64,000 nt of DNA from Octopus vulgaris (Eukaryota), in NCBI GenBank assembly GCA_951406725.2, contig OX597831.1:37696001-37760000 (forward strand), written 5' to 3'. The notes beneath the pieces are model-generated. The model made no database searches, had not been told where the DNA came from, and saw nothing but the letters and a program-made list of their open reading frames with translations. Made by a program: the position numbers and the translations under genes. Shown here in pieces: positions 13,344 to 26,044 of the stretch (positions are counted from its first letter, which is position 1; every line of letters starts with the position of its first letter).

Positions 13344-13465
13344 GCATATAAATATATATATATATATATATATATTTAATAATATCAGGGTAATAAAATA
13401 AAATTTGAAATTTTTACTACGAGTGTCCTAGCATGTAGAACATTTGTCAGTAGACTATACATTAT
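13185..13465. repeat. ~90-bp inverted repeat around a (TA)n tract
   Basis: 13185-13275 is the near-perfect reverse complement of 13374-13465. Confidence 0.9.
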
Positions 13466-13715
13466 TCATATAAATACAGTGTACATTTAAACACATAAAG
13501 GCATCCATCATAGGACTCCTTGCACGCTAGACAGAACAGCTAAATTCCAAACCTCTATTAGGGATAATATTTCGAAAGGAATGAAAAATAAAACACTTAC
13601 CATCTATCTCCTGGACCATGGTTTTTGACTTTTTATTAGCAAATAAAACAATGCCGGCGTTACTTCGAAAATTTTCCAGAAAAAATTATCAATAATTAAT
13701 AATATCAGAGTAATA

Positions 13716-13748
<33 letters not shown>

Positions 13749-13756
13749 AAGAGAGG

Positions 13757-13976
13757 TACAGTAACCCCTCAAATATCGCGTGTTACGCATCAAACCCTTC
13801 CCCACCCCCGACAGGTGAGAATCCGTGAAGTAGAAACAGAACTGTACTGCAAATTTTTTCATTATTCGTTTATATCTATTTTATTATAAACGCAAAACAA
13901 CACCATAAAGTTATCGCTGTAAGCATAAATAATAAACAGTGATGGGTCAACCGCACCGTAGCGACAGGTTGCTCTG

Positions 13977-13978
<2 letters not shown>
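13757..13978. mobile_element. Tigger/pogo-like MITE (degraded)
   Basis: Starts TA-CAGTAACCCCTC..ATCGCG, ends ..GTAGCGACAGGTTGCTCTG-TA; imperfect TIRs with TA flanks. Confidence 0.55.
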
Positions 13979-14048
<70 letters not shown>

Positions 14049-14231
14049 CTTAATCATTGACATTTTATTGTAATTTTAATATTTCTATTATATGTTATTT
14101 TCTAGATGGTGTAATTTGAATTGATAAAAGGTGCGTTTTTTTCTAATTATATATATATATATATATATACATGTGTGTGTGTGCGTGTGTGTGTGTCTGC
14201 GTGCGTGTGTGTGCATGTGTGGATATATGGT

Positions 14232-14473
14232 TATCACGTGATCACATAGCCGGCCGGTATATCAGATGTGACACATTGCTAGACATCGTGCGCGCTGCAT
14301 TCTTTTAGCGTACGAATAATGCCACCCACAGATTGGCCAACATTCCGCCCTAAAGAAAGTGGGTAATTGAGCAATGTAAAACAAAGAGTCTTGCTAAGAA
14401 CAACAGCCCCGATCTGGGATTAGAACCCACGATGTAGGGATCGTGAATAGCAAAACCAAACCACTGGGGCCAA
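14232..14473 (-). mobile_element. Degraded chimeric SINE (family-D-like head, tail shared with 38458 copy)
   Basis: tRNA-like head GGCCCCAGTGG..GGTTCTAATCCC; tail ATCAGATGT..ACACAT..GCATT..TTTTAGC..GCCACCC shared with 38458-38560. Confidence 0.6.
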
Positions 14474-14488
14474 TGTGTATGCGTGTGC

Positions 14489-14573
<85 letters not shown>

Positions 14574-15017
14574 TGTTTGTAAGTATGTATGTATGTAAAT
14601 ATATGTGCGAGTATGTGCGTATTACGTGTCTGTGTGTGCTTGTGTGAGCTTGTGTGTGTGTGTATGCTTGAACGTGCACCTAAAGCATATGTGTTCGACT
14701 TGCCACGTCGACAAAATGAAATATGGTAACGAATTCGTCAATATCGAATTTACATTTCCAAGTTAATTTACTCAACAGTTTTGAATCACTTCCATAATTG
14801 GATATCTTTTATAGCCTCTAACCTTGTGTTTTACGACGAACGCTGATTCAGGGGAAAGTATCTATGTGCTTATATATGTGTTTGTGCATGAGTGTGTATG
14901 TGAACGTGTGTGAGGAACTATCCTAGTGGGACTCTATCTATCTATCTATCTATCTAGTTATATATGTGTGTATGAAAAACATATAGATATAAGTAATATA
15001 TATATATATATATATTA

Positions 15018-15054
<37 letters not shown>

Positions 15055-15635
15055 ACATCATTGGAAAATCGTGTTATTGAGGTGGTTGGAGATGTTGCGA
15101 AAGACGGTGATGAGGAATATGTTGTTGATGAAGATGATGGTGATGGTGATGGTGACAAGAACGACGACGACGATGATGGTGATGATAATTATTTTTATAT
15201 TGGTAGAGTATACTTCTCAAATTCTTTTCATCGGCAATAATTACCTTCCACGAAATCTGACACGCATAGCTTTTGATTGTTCGCCTTTACGCAATGAACT
15301 AAAATAGGAAATGCTAAAATGTATATAGATGTATTTTATATAATCACTGAAGATATTTTTCCATATTTAAAATGAAAGCTTGTTACGTGAGAGGAAAATT
15401 TTATGAAATTATCTGATAAAATATCTATTTTTCTTTCGAAGGTAACGAAATTCAAATCTACCAGTACCTCGAAAGAATGAGTACCCCTTTACCAGTGTTG
15501 AAGACACACGTTCACGCACCAACAAAGACATACACGACACACACGCACACTCTCTTTCTCTCACACACACACGGTCGTGCAGACACGCACACACACACAC
15601 GCAGATATGTTCGGCATTCGCCATGATAGATCGTT

Positions 15636-15800
15636 AGCCACTGCACATTCTTTATCTTCTCCCCTTTTTCTTTCTGTGTTCGTTTCTGTGGAAGAGCGTA
15701 GGCTCGAAACGTAAAATACATTTTCACTTACCGAGAGTTATACTAATACATCTGTTTTTTGTCTACAACACCTGTCTCCATCTTTTGTTTTTTTGTATAT
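15636..15800 (+). mobile_element. Second solo Penelope pseudo-LTR-like fragment with hammerhead-like motif
   Basis: CTGTGGA-A-GAGCGTAGGCTC-GAAACGTA at 15686-15713; colinear with 7678-7870. Confidence 0.7.
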
Positions 15801-15805
15801 GTATC

Positions 15806-15837
<32 letters not shown>

Positions 15838-16177
15838 TGTATGTATGTATGTATGTATGTATGCATGTATGTATGTATGTATGTATACATATTCAAATTT
15901 AAAAGTAGACCACTGGACACTTAGTAAACCATTAGCATCTGGTTTACGTCTGCTCGACACAGAATTATTGTAAGCATGATTATCTCCCTTCTGTCTTTTC
16001 TTTTGTCTCCTTCTTTACAAGCATCTCCTGTTTAATGTTAAACGGTCTTGCTTTCTGATTGATAAATAAGTTACATCGATCAGGAAATCCTGCTAACTAT
16101 AATTACGTTTTTTTTTCTATTTAAGATAGTATGTGTATGTGTATAATATTTTATTTAAAATATGTATGTATATATGA

Positions 16178-16209
<32 letters not shown>

Positions 16210-16449
16210 TTATATACTTATATATATATATGTGTGTGTGTGTGTATGTATGTGTCTGTGTGTGTGTATGTATGTATGTATGTATATGTATATATATACA
16301 CAGATATAGATATAAACATATATTCACATATATATCAATAGACATTATGAGTGTATTTCATGTCTGTATCAATGGAAGTACAGGCACACGCATACACTAA
16401 CAATCACACACACACACACACACATACATAAATATATATATATAAACAC

Positions 16450-16516
<67 letters not shown>

Positions 16517-16924
16517 TATACAGAAAGAGAGAGAGAGAGTGAGAGAGAAATACATACACTTCGTGTTTGCACAGATTTGATCTCGATGTTGGAATTGGCT
16601 TTGCTCAAATCTTGGAACTGAGCAGAAGCACGACTAGCGCCAGGTCCTGCTTACTGAGCCCTTATTTTCGCAGGAAGTAAAAGAAAGTTTGCATCGCATC
16701 AGATTCTCTTTTAGTTTGTCTTCGAAGCACAAGAGTGGCCTTCCAAATGACCTTCCTATTGTTAATTTGCCAAGGAGACGTTGCTTCGGAATTCTCGTAT
16801 CACTCATACGTGAGAGATGTCTTGACTATATAAGCTGTGTTTTGATTGGATGGCTTCAATACCTAATGTCGTGCATTTTATTATCCGTTCTTATTATAGA
16901 ATACAATTCTTATATATAATATAT

Positions 16925-17328
16925 TCTTTACTCTTTTACTTGTTTCAGTCATTTGACTGAGGCCATGCTGGAGCACCGCCTTTAGTCGAGCAAATCGACC
17001 CCGGGACTTATTCTTTATAAGCTCAGTACTTATTTTATCGGTCTCTTTTGCCGAACCGCTAAGTGACGGGGACGTAAACACACCAGCATCGGTTGTCAAG
17101 CAATGCCAGGGGGACAAACACAGACACACAAACACATACACACACACTTATATATATATATACATATATACGACAGGCTTCTTTCCGTTTCCGTCTACCA
17201 AATCCACCAACAAGGCATTGGTCGGCCCGGGGCTATATCAGAAGATACTTGCCCAAGATGCCACGCAGTGGGACTGAACCCGGAATCTTGTGGTTGGTTA
17301 GCAAGCGACTTACCACACAGCCACTCCT
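16925..17328 (-). mobile_element. SINE family A
   Basis: Full-length match to family A. Confidence 0.9.
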
Positions 17329-17564
17329 ATATATATGATTATATCTTTATTAGTTTTAATCAGTGGATGTCGCTTGGACACCAGTTTGAAACGCTTTAGT
17401 TGAACAAAGCAGCAATAATATTTATTGCTTTTAACACCAGATACTATTCTATCGACCCCTTTTGCCGAATTGCTAAGTTACGGGAACGCAAATAAACCAC
17501 AGTTTTCGAGGGGTACAGGGCAAATACAAAGACAAAATTATACACACAAATAGAGATGTGCATA

Positions 17565-17790
17565 TATTCTTTTATTCTTTGATTTGTTTCAGTCATTCGA
17601 CTGCGGCCATGCTGGAGCACCGCCCTTTATACGGAGAAGTCGACCCCAGGACATATTTATTGTAAGTCTGGTACTTATTCCATCGCCTCTTTTGCCCAAT
17701 CGCTAATGTGCAGGGACGTAAACACACCATCATCGTTTTTGTCAAACGATGGTAGGGGCGACAATCACAGACACAGAAACACACGCATAA
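17565..17790 (-). mobile_element. SINE family A, 3' half
   Basis: Tail match, ends in microsatellite. Confidence 0.8.
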
Positions 17791-17798
17791 ATAAATAA

Positions 17799-17832
<34 letters not shown>

Positions 17833-17836
<4 letters not shown>

Positions 17837-18169
17837 GAAATGAAGAAAATGCTGACAAAATAATTTAAGTAATTTAAGTAATTTAATTAGGTGAAAGTTC
17901 TTTTTACCGGTTGCGCATTTGTTATGCTTATCAAAATATATTTTTTAAAGAGAGATTAGAGTTCCTTTTCTGATAGATTTTTTCCTCTTAACTGACAGTA
18001 AGAGGAAACAATACGAGGAAAAAATCTATCAGAAAAGGAACTCTAATCTCTCTTTAAAAAATATATTTTGATAAGCATAACAAATGCGCAACCGGTAAAA
18101 AGAACTTTCACCTAATTAAATTACTTAAATTACTTAAATTATTTTGTCAGCATTTTCTTCATTTCCTTT
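17833..18169. repeat. 155-bp perfect-arm palindrome carrying a hammerhead-like motif in each arm
   Basis: Arms 17833-17987 and 18015-18169; motif TTGATAA GCAT AACAA ATGC GCA ACCGGT A at 18068-18097. Confidence 0.92.
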
Positions 18170-18208
18170 TTATATATCACAACTCGTGTTCCACATCTCC
18201 TTTTTTAA

Positions 18209-18245
<37 letters not shown>

Positions 18246-18300
18246 CAAATATATATATATATACATATACATATACATATATATATATACATATATATAC

Positions 18301-18356
<56 letters not shown>

Positions 18357-18394
18357 GAATTGAGCACTTGGGTCAATGTAAACGACTTAGAAAA

Positions 18395-18663
18395 GAATAC
18401 AAATATAATATCAAATAGAGAAATACCATTGACAAACTAAAAATTTATTTACCCTATAATTTAGTACAATATACTATGAAATATAATATAAGATAATATA
18501 AGATAACGTAACAGATTTAAAAAAAGCTATACAGACCCAACAATTTGTTTCGACTTATATACAGTAGTTAATTTATCAAAAAATGTCCTATCTATGCATA
18601 CAAGCTTCTTCGGGGCTTTTTAGTTCCTCAATAGTATTTCTCTATTTCATTTTGTATTTGTAT
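18395..18663. repeat. Foldback element with degenerate hammerhead motif on - strand
   Basis: Arms ~18395-18443 and ~18616-18663; - strand CCGAAGA..CTTGTAT...ATATAAGTC GAAACAAATTGTT at 18534-18616. Confidence 0.65.
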
Positions 18664-18798
18664 GCTATAATTCTACCCTTTCATCTGTGGCATTGAACTC
18701 TCTCTCTACCTCTACCAGTATATATATTGATAGATAGGTAGATCTATCTATCTATCAACCTATCCATTTATCTATGTATGTATGTATGTATGTATCTA

Positions 18799-18848
<50 letters not shown>

Positions 18849-18964
18849 TACACATATGTATAAACGTATTTGCATATATATATATCTTTATATACATACA
18901 TTTATATGTATTAAGCAGCTCTATTTCTAGCATAAGGGTTGACCCCATAGTGGTCATCCCAGTC

Positions 18965-19133
18965 ATATGTATGTAATACAATTTGCTGAACCTTCAGATT
19001 TTAATATGCCAGACCACTGGTTTTAAATTGATGTTAATCAAATTAATATCCAATTTTCACCCTCATTTTAAATTTATATTTATACATATATATGTATTTA
19101 TATTTATATTTATATATGTATATATACATATGC

Positions 19134-19187
<54 letters not shown>

Positions 19188-19513
19188 GATACATTATATA
19201 TATATGTATATACATGTATGAATATATATTTATATAATCAGTACAACTATCTGAAAGTATATCTTGACTTACCGTTCGTTATATATAAAGTACGAATGTT
19301 TTAAACATATCTGCTATATCATTTATAGCGGTACAATTTTATAATATGTATGTAATACAATTTGCTGAACCTTCAGATTTTAATATGCCAGACCACTGGT
19401 TTTAAATTGATGTTAATCAAATTAATATCCAATTTTTCACCCTCATTTTAAATTTATATTTATACATATATATGTATTTATATTTATATTTATATATGTA
19501 TATATACATATGC

Positions 19514-19569
<56 letters not shown>

Positions 19570-19731
19570 GATACATTATATATATATGTATATACATGTA
19601 TGAATATATATTTATATAATCAGTACAACTATCTGAAAGTATATCTTGACTTACCGTTCGTTATATATAAAGTACGAATGTTTTAAACATATCTGCTATA
19701 TCATTTATAGCGGTACAATTTTATAATATGT
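18965..19731. repeat. Tandem duplication, ~380-bp unit x2
   Basis: 18965-19343 and 19344-~19724 nearly identical, including the microsatellites. Confidence 0.92.
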
Positions 19732-20638
19732 AAATAGAAATGTGTTTGCCAACGAAATAATTGGAAAGAGGTTGATTATATACCTTCTGTATATCTTCAA
19801 TCTGACTGTATTTCGCTTGTAAATGCAAATATTTACTAAAGATATGTGAAGATCCTTCTCTCATTAGCAGTTTACAAAATTTCTCTTTACATTTATAACA
19901 CCATTTGTTTGCATTGCAAAACTGACGCTTTGCTATTGGGTGTCATTGGCGTTTCCTTAATTTCCAAATAAATTGCTGATGCTGTACTTTGATGAAGGCA
20001 ATGCTTTACGGCTAACAAAGTGCGACGTAACATGAGTAAATTACCTTCCGTTTGTCTATTATATGTCTACAGTCTCTTCTCACGAATTTCAAAATCAATA
20101 GATTAGCTCTAACAATAGAGATGTCTCTTTTATGTTTACTCAGTGAATAACTGTGGAATCAATACTTGTGAGGAAATCGACGCCAAAATGGCAACACAAT
20201 CAGTATAAATGCGAAATATTTGAAAGACATCATTTAGTATCATTGTTATAAAAGATTTCTACAGAAGCATAAACAGAGGGGAAAGAAAGGTATTTCCAGA
20301 AGCAAAAATCAAAATAAACGTTTACACTTGATTAATTACGTTCCTACTCAACAGCACATTTTCACCGGAAGTCGTTACGAACAAAGTTTTTCAAGATTTA
20401 GTTGACTTCTGATGAAAAGTTAAACGTGGCAAAGGAGAGATTAAAAGTGCTAAAGGTTGACCCATGGATCTTTAGTTCAATTCCTGCAGGCGGTCGAGAA
20501 TTCTCATCTACCATGTCTTTTCCATCTTCTAACACGAAAATAGCATGTATATTATATTTGCAGATATCTACGTTCAAATCACCAATTCTTTCTCCTAATA
20601 CATCTATGATAATAATAGTAATAATATTTATTATTATT

Positions 20639-20671
<33 letters not shown>

Positions 20672-20684
20672 ACTTTCTTTTTTC

Positions 20685-20980
20685 GAGCGTTGTGCCGCAC
20701 GGTGGCATTGACCGAGACCATTTGGCATTATGCCCTGCTTGAGAAGAAAACCCATCAAGCGCCAAGTGAAACCACAGTCGTGGCAGATACCCGTATCATG
20801 CAAATGGCTCCCATGACGGTGGCACGTAAAAGCCAACATTACACTCTCGGTGTAGTTGACGTTAAGAAGGGCATTCCGCCATAGAAACCACGCCAACCCA
20901 GACAGGAGTCTGTTGCAGCCTTTCAGCTTGCCAGTCCAGGCCAAACTGCATTCCATGCCAGCATGGATAACGGATATTAA
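20685..20980 (+). mobile_element. Degraded RTE-associated SINE/non-autonomous fragment
   Basis: GGTGGCACGTAAAAG..TACACTCTCGG..GTTAAGAAGGGCATTCCGCC..CATGCCAGCATGGA; recognised by resemblance only, single copy here. Confidence 0.55.
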
Positions 20981-20985
20981 AGGAA

Positions 20986-21020
<35 letters not shown>

Positions 21021-21022
<2 letters not shown>

Positions 21023-21570
21023 GAGTGAGAGAGCAGTGCATGCCATCAAAGTGACACTGGGGTAAAATATACGAAGCCCTGTATACCCATCATGACTACC
21101 CGTCTCATAATGGTAAACTAAGCACATGCATCACAACCATATGTGCGCGACATGCTGATCTCATATCCAGATAAAGAACACATGCCCCTGCAGATGGGGC
21201 CCAGTTAGAATGTTCTTCTGGTTGAGTAACCCATCCTACTCAAAGGTCACTGAATAAGGGTTGTTTAAGGATGCTGAACGAAACACTCCAGAGGTGAATT
21301 ATTAAAACCCCAAAGAATACCTCGCAACACATGGCTATGATGCTCCCCCACTATGTCTGCTCGTGATCAGAGATGTACATATCGTCAGCCACTAAGGGGC
21401 ATGCTCAACTGGTTAAGGGTAAACAAATGACAAGCAAATCTGTGGTATTGAGCAGAATATTTGCTGTAGCCCATCTTTTATACCAAGACAAAACAATGTA
21501 CATGATAACACTTTCAATCAGTTAAGATCAGAAACCATGAGAGCCACTGTCTGGTACTGCATCAGGACAG
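21021..21570. mobile_element. Non-coding interspersed element between (ATT)n tracts
   Basis: GC-richer ~550-bp block bounded by (ATT)n at 20985-21020 and ATT-rich sequence at 21572-21628; no ORF. Confidence 0.45.
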
Positions 21571-21628
21571 TTTATTATCATCAACATCGTTGTTATTATT
21601 ATTTTTGTTATCATTATTATTATTATTC

Positions 21629-24334
21629 AGTAGTTTTATTTTTATTTTTATAGCGTGCTTTCACTTCACTACCGAGCGCAGCTCTGTGTGCCTTGGGTAT
21701 GTGCTGTGATTTGTTGTGATGCTCTGATGGTTATTGTATGGAAAGTGTTCTGCGTAGGATGTGGGCAGTGCCTAGTAGTGCAATTTTCTGTATGTTATAT
21801 GTGTTTGTAAGTCCTGGTGTTTTTGTTATGTATTTGTCTGAATATTTTTTTATCATGCCTAATGCACCTACTATGATAGGAATTGTTTCTGTTTTCAGAT
21901 TCCACATTCTAGTTACCTCTATTTCCAGGTCTTTGTATTTTGAGAGTTTCTTCATTTCTTTTAGAGACACGTTGTCATCTGCCGGTATTGATACATCAAT
22001 TAAAAAGCATTTTTTTCTTCATGATCTCTGACAACTATATCTGGTCTGTTGGCCTTAATTTCTCTATCTGTGTGTATCGGCATATCCCAGAGTATGGTTG
22101 CTTTCTCGTTTTCTGTGACCTTTTCTGGTGTGTGCCTATACCATCTTTTTTCTGTTGTTAATCCATAATGTTGGCATAGCTTCCAATGTATGTAGGTTCC
22201 AACTCTTGTCATGTCTGTGAATATATACCTTCTTAGCCAGGACTGGGCAGCTAGAGATAATATGATTTATTGTTTCTTGTCCATCTCCACATATTCTGCA
22301 GTTACTTGTAATATTTCTTTTCATTACATGTTTTTGGTAATTTCTGGTGGGGAGGCTTTGGTCTTGTGCTGCAATTAAAAATCCCTCTGTTTCTGCTTTG
22401 AGTCCTGAGCTTCTCAACCATTGCTGGGATTTTTCTTTGTCTATTTCTTTTGCGTTTAGTTTAGTGCAGTATTTACCATGAAGAGGCTTTTCTTTCCATC
22501 GTTTTATCATGGTTCGTTGCTGTTCTGTTTTTAGTTTGGATTTCATTTGTTTTATAGCTTTTGTTGTTTCTTCATCTTCTTCTTCTTCTTCTTCTTCTTC
22601 ATGTTTATTAGGTGGTATGATTTCTTGTTTGTATTTGTCAGCTTCCTTAAATACTGAGAACAGTTTTTTGTTTTGCTCGTGTTTTGCCGCTATCTGGATC
22701 AGTTTTCCTTCCTTCTGAAGTAGATATTTTTGCAGTCCTATGGTGGTTATTTTATAGTAGTTTTCCAGCTGTATAAGGCCTCTACCACCTTCCATACGTT
22801 GTATATATAGTATTTCTATGTCAGATTTTGGGTGATGCATCCTAGATCCTGTCATTATTTTTCTTGTTTTCCTATCTATTTTGGTCAGTTCATTTCGTGT
22901 CCAGTTAAGGATATTGTAGCTGTAACTTATAACTGGGACAGCTAAAGTGTTGATACCTATTATCTTGTTTTTAGCATTGAGCTCTGTGTTTAGTATTGAT
23001 CTAACTCGTCTATAATATTCTTTTTTTATTTTCTCTTTCATTTGTGTGTGTTGTGTCTTATCTAGTTCATGGATTCCTAAGTATTTGTAAGTTTGGCTTT
23101 GGTCTAATTCTTTTATTTCATTGGTTTTATCTAGTGTGATGTTGTTACTCTTAACTAGTTTTCCTCTTTTCATGGTTACTTTGGCGCATTTTTCTAATCC
23201 AAATTTCATATCTATTTCTTTGGTAAATCCATGAACTGTCTTTAATAGTGTTTCCAGCTGTTTGTCATTTGCAGCGTATAGTTTTAGGTCATCCATATAT
23301 AAAAGGTGGCTGATCGTTTTGCCGTAACATTTATATCCGCATCCAGTTCTATTTAGCATATCAGATAGAGGTGACAGTGCTAAGCAGAAAAGGAGTGGAG
23401 AGAGCGTGTCTCCCTGGAATATTCCTCTTCTAATGGGGATGTCTTTGGTTTTCATGAGTCCCTCTTTTGTTTGGAGGTGTAGGACTGTTTGCCATTTATT
23501 CATAGAGTGCTCTATGAATTTTATGATTGTTGGTGCTACTTTGTTAATGGCTAGTGTTTCGAGGATCCATGTGTGGGGGATGCTATCAAACGCCTTTTTG
23601 TAGTCAATCCAGGCCATACTGAGGCCTTTCTTCTTTCTGTGGCTGTCTTCAGTTATGGCTTTATTAATCATTAGTTGATCTTTACAGCCATATGAGCCTT
23701 TGCGGCATCCTTTCTGCTCTTCTGGGAACAGTTTGTTTTCGTCCAGTTGCTTGTTCAGCCTTTGTGATATCACTGCAGTAAATGCCTTGAACATAGTAGG
23801 GAGGCAGGTTATTGGTCTGTAGTTTTCTGGTTTTTCTGTTTCATTTGATTTGGGAATTAAGATGGTTTTCCCCTTCGTGAGCCATTCAGGCATTGTCTCT
23901 GGCTCTGCTAGTACGTTGTTAAAGTTTTCAGCCAACTGTTTGTGCATTCCTGTTAGATATTTCAACCAGAAGTTGGGGATCTTGTCATGCCCAGGTGCCT
24001 TCCAGTTGCTTAGTCTTTGCAGTGCCTGGGTGACCTCTTCAGTTGTTATGGGGGTCCAAAGTTGTTCAGATGCCGACTTTGTAATTTTGATACTCCTTTT
24101 TTTTGGTGGTTCGTTCGCCGACCATATCTCTCTCCAGAATTCTTCCAATTCTTCTGCCGTTGGTGCTGCAGTGACTTCTATTTTATTTTTGCCCAGTTCT
24201 TGGTAGAACTTTTTGGGGTTGGAGCTGAACTTTTTGTTTTCTTCAAAGAAGCGTTGGCGTTTCTTGTACCGGCGGATCCTTTGTGCTTTGGCAAGGATAT
24301 CTTGCTTCAGCTTTTCTTTTATTTCAGGCAAATC
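21629..24334 (-). mobile_element. R4/Dong-like non-LTR retrotransposon (RT + restriction-like endonuclease), 5'-truncated
   Basis: ORF 22136-24331: KAPGHD, YRPITCL, IDYKKAFDSIPH, GIFQGDTLSPLLF, YMDD, CRICGDGQETINHIISSC, RHD; continues via frameshifts in 22000-22212 (ILWDMPIHTD..ANRPDIVV) and 21731-21970 (KYKDL..IIVGALG..GTAHILRR); (TAA)n at both ends. Confidence 0.93.
21731..24331 (-). pseudogene. RT-RLE polyprotein, 5'-truncated with two frameshifts (~22210, ~22010)
   Basis: Three overlapping or adjacent ORFs jointly encode RT, CCHC finger and PD-(D/E)xK nuclease. Confidence 0.88.
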
Positions 24335-24419
<85 letters not shown>

Positions 24420-24470
24420 CATTATTATTATCATTATTATTATCATCATTATTATCAGTACTATCATTAT
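24335..24470. repeat. (ATT)n microsatellite
   Basis: Direct. Confidence 0.95.
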
Positions 24471-24704
24471 TCTCTTCTTTCAGTTTTGTTTCCATTTTTT
24501 GCCGAGTGTCCTTCCAATGTCTATGGCAAAGAAACTCACTCTCGACATTGGTAGACCATTAAAATAAATACACCATACTGTTCACTTACTGTTCTATCTG
24601 TGATAGAAAACAAAAGCTAAGAAAGACAAGAAAGAAGGAAGAAGAAGAAAGATTGAAAATTCCAAAGAAAACAAAGAAAATTAAAGGTAAATCCGAAAAG
24701 AAAT

Positions 24705-24800
24705 TCACATCTACAATGCTCTTCTCAATACATGTAACGTACCAATTAAGACAATCTTTTGCATATCTTGAATCGAATATAAACCAGAGTTCATCTTCAA
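24705..24800 (-). mobile_element. Divergent RLE-LINE 3'-end fragment
   Basis: ..YSIQDMQKIVLIGTLHVLRRAL* aligns by eye with ..YNIQKIALLGTAHILRRTL. Confidence 0.65.
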
Positions 24801-25129
24801 ATAATTTTTACAGTTCACTTTCTGATCATCCCAAGTGCTCCAACATTCACTGGTGTTGTCATCGTCTTCAAAATTTGCAATGCATATTAATAGTTTTTTG
24901 GGGGGCGGTATCAAACGCTTTAAACCAGTATGCTTAAAAATTGCTGTATAAATATATTTTTCTTTTCAGTCTGTCGCTGTGAATCCTAAAACTTGCATTA
25001 GTAGAACTCCACTTTGTATTTTCATACATTTGTGGATATTAAAACAAATATTACTTGAGCATATTGAGCGTTGTAATCCAATATATGCCTATTCGGTTTT
25101 TCTGTTACGCGTTAATATAGTAGAAATAA

Positions 25130-25285
25130 TTACAATGACACGAGTAGTAATCGATGCGTTGGGAATGATAAAGAATGCAGCTGAGAAGTATATTAACCAA
25201 CTCCCTGGTAACTCTAATCTCCGTGAACTAAAAAATATAATCCTGATGGGTACAGCTTATATACTACGGAAAGCAATCTTATTTG
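25130..25285 (+). mobile_element. Divergent RLE-LINE 3'-end fragment
   Basis: VVIDALGMIKNAAEKYINQLPGNSNLRELKNIILMGTAYILRKAI matches IIVGALGMIKK..PG..IQKIALLGTAHILRR. Confidence 0.75.
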
Positions 25286-25590
25286 AAGTCGATCCCGAAA
25301 GAATGAAAGGCAAAGTCAACCTCTGTAGTATCAGAAAATACGGCGTAAAATGCCGTAAGTGCGTTAGTAATTTTGTCCGACTTGGTAAAGATTTTTTCCG
25401 ACTCACAACCTTAGTACAGGTTTCAAACTTTGGCACAACACCAGCAAGTTCGGAGGTGTCCAACTGATATTTACTTTATCGACCCCGAAAGGATGAAAGG
25501 CAAAGTCGACTTCGGTGGAATTTGAACTCAAGGCGGGCGATATGCCGCTAAGCATTTTGTCCGACGTAATAATAATTCTGCCAGCTCACG
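25286..25590 (-). mobile_element. Two degraded SINE family B units
   Basis: GATCCCGAAAGAATGAAAGGCAAAGTC and GACCCCGAAAGGATGAAAGGCAAAGTCGAC cores. Confidence 0.75.
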
Positions 25591-25599
25591 TCTCACTTT

Positions 25600-25995
25600 T
25601 CTTTTATTCTCTTTTATTTGTTTCAGTCATTTGATTGTTACCATGCTGGAGCGTTACCGTTAGTCGAGCAAATCGACCCCGGGACTTATTCTTTGTAAAG
25701 CTAATACTTATTCTATCGGTCTCTTTTGCCGAACCGCTAAGTTACAGGGACGTAAACACACAACAATCGGTTGTCAAGTGATGCTGGGAGACAAACACAG
25801 ACACATAAACACACCCATATATATATATATATATACATATAAATATATACGACGGGCTTCTTTCAGTTTCCGTCAACGAAATCCACTCACAAGACCTTGG
25901 TAGAAGACACTTGCCCAAATTGCCAGGCAATGGGACTGAACCCGGAACCATGTGGTTGGTAAGCAAGCTACTTACCACGCAGCCATTCCTGCTCC
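25600..25995 (-). mobile_element. SINE family A
   Basis: Match with a small internal deletion. Confidence 0.88.
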
Positions 25996-26044
25996 TATGA
26001 TATTGATAATATTGATAATAATTATAATAATTAAAGCAAAAATA

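Noticed and set aside
19740-20000. Possible mariner N-terminal remnant on - strand
   Set aside because: Similarity too faint; no TIR identified
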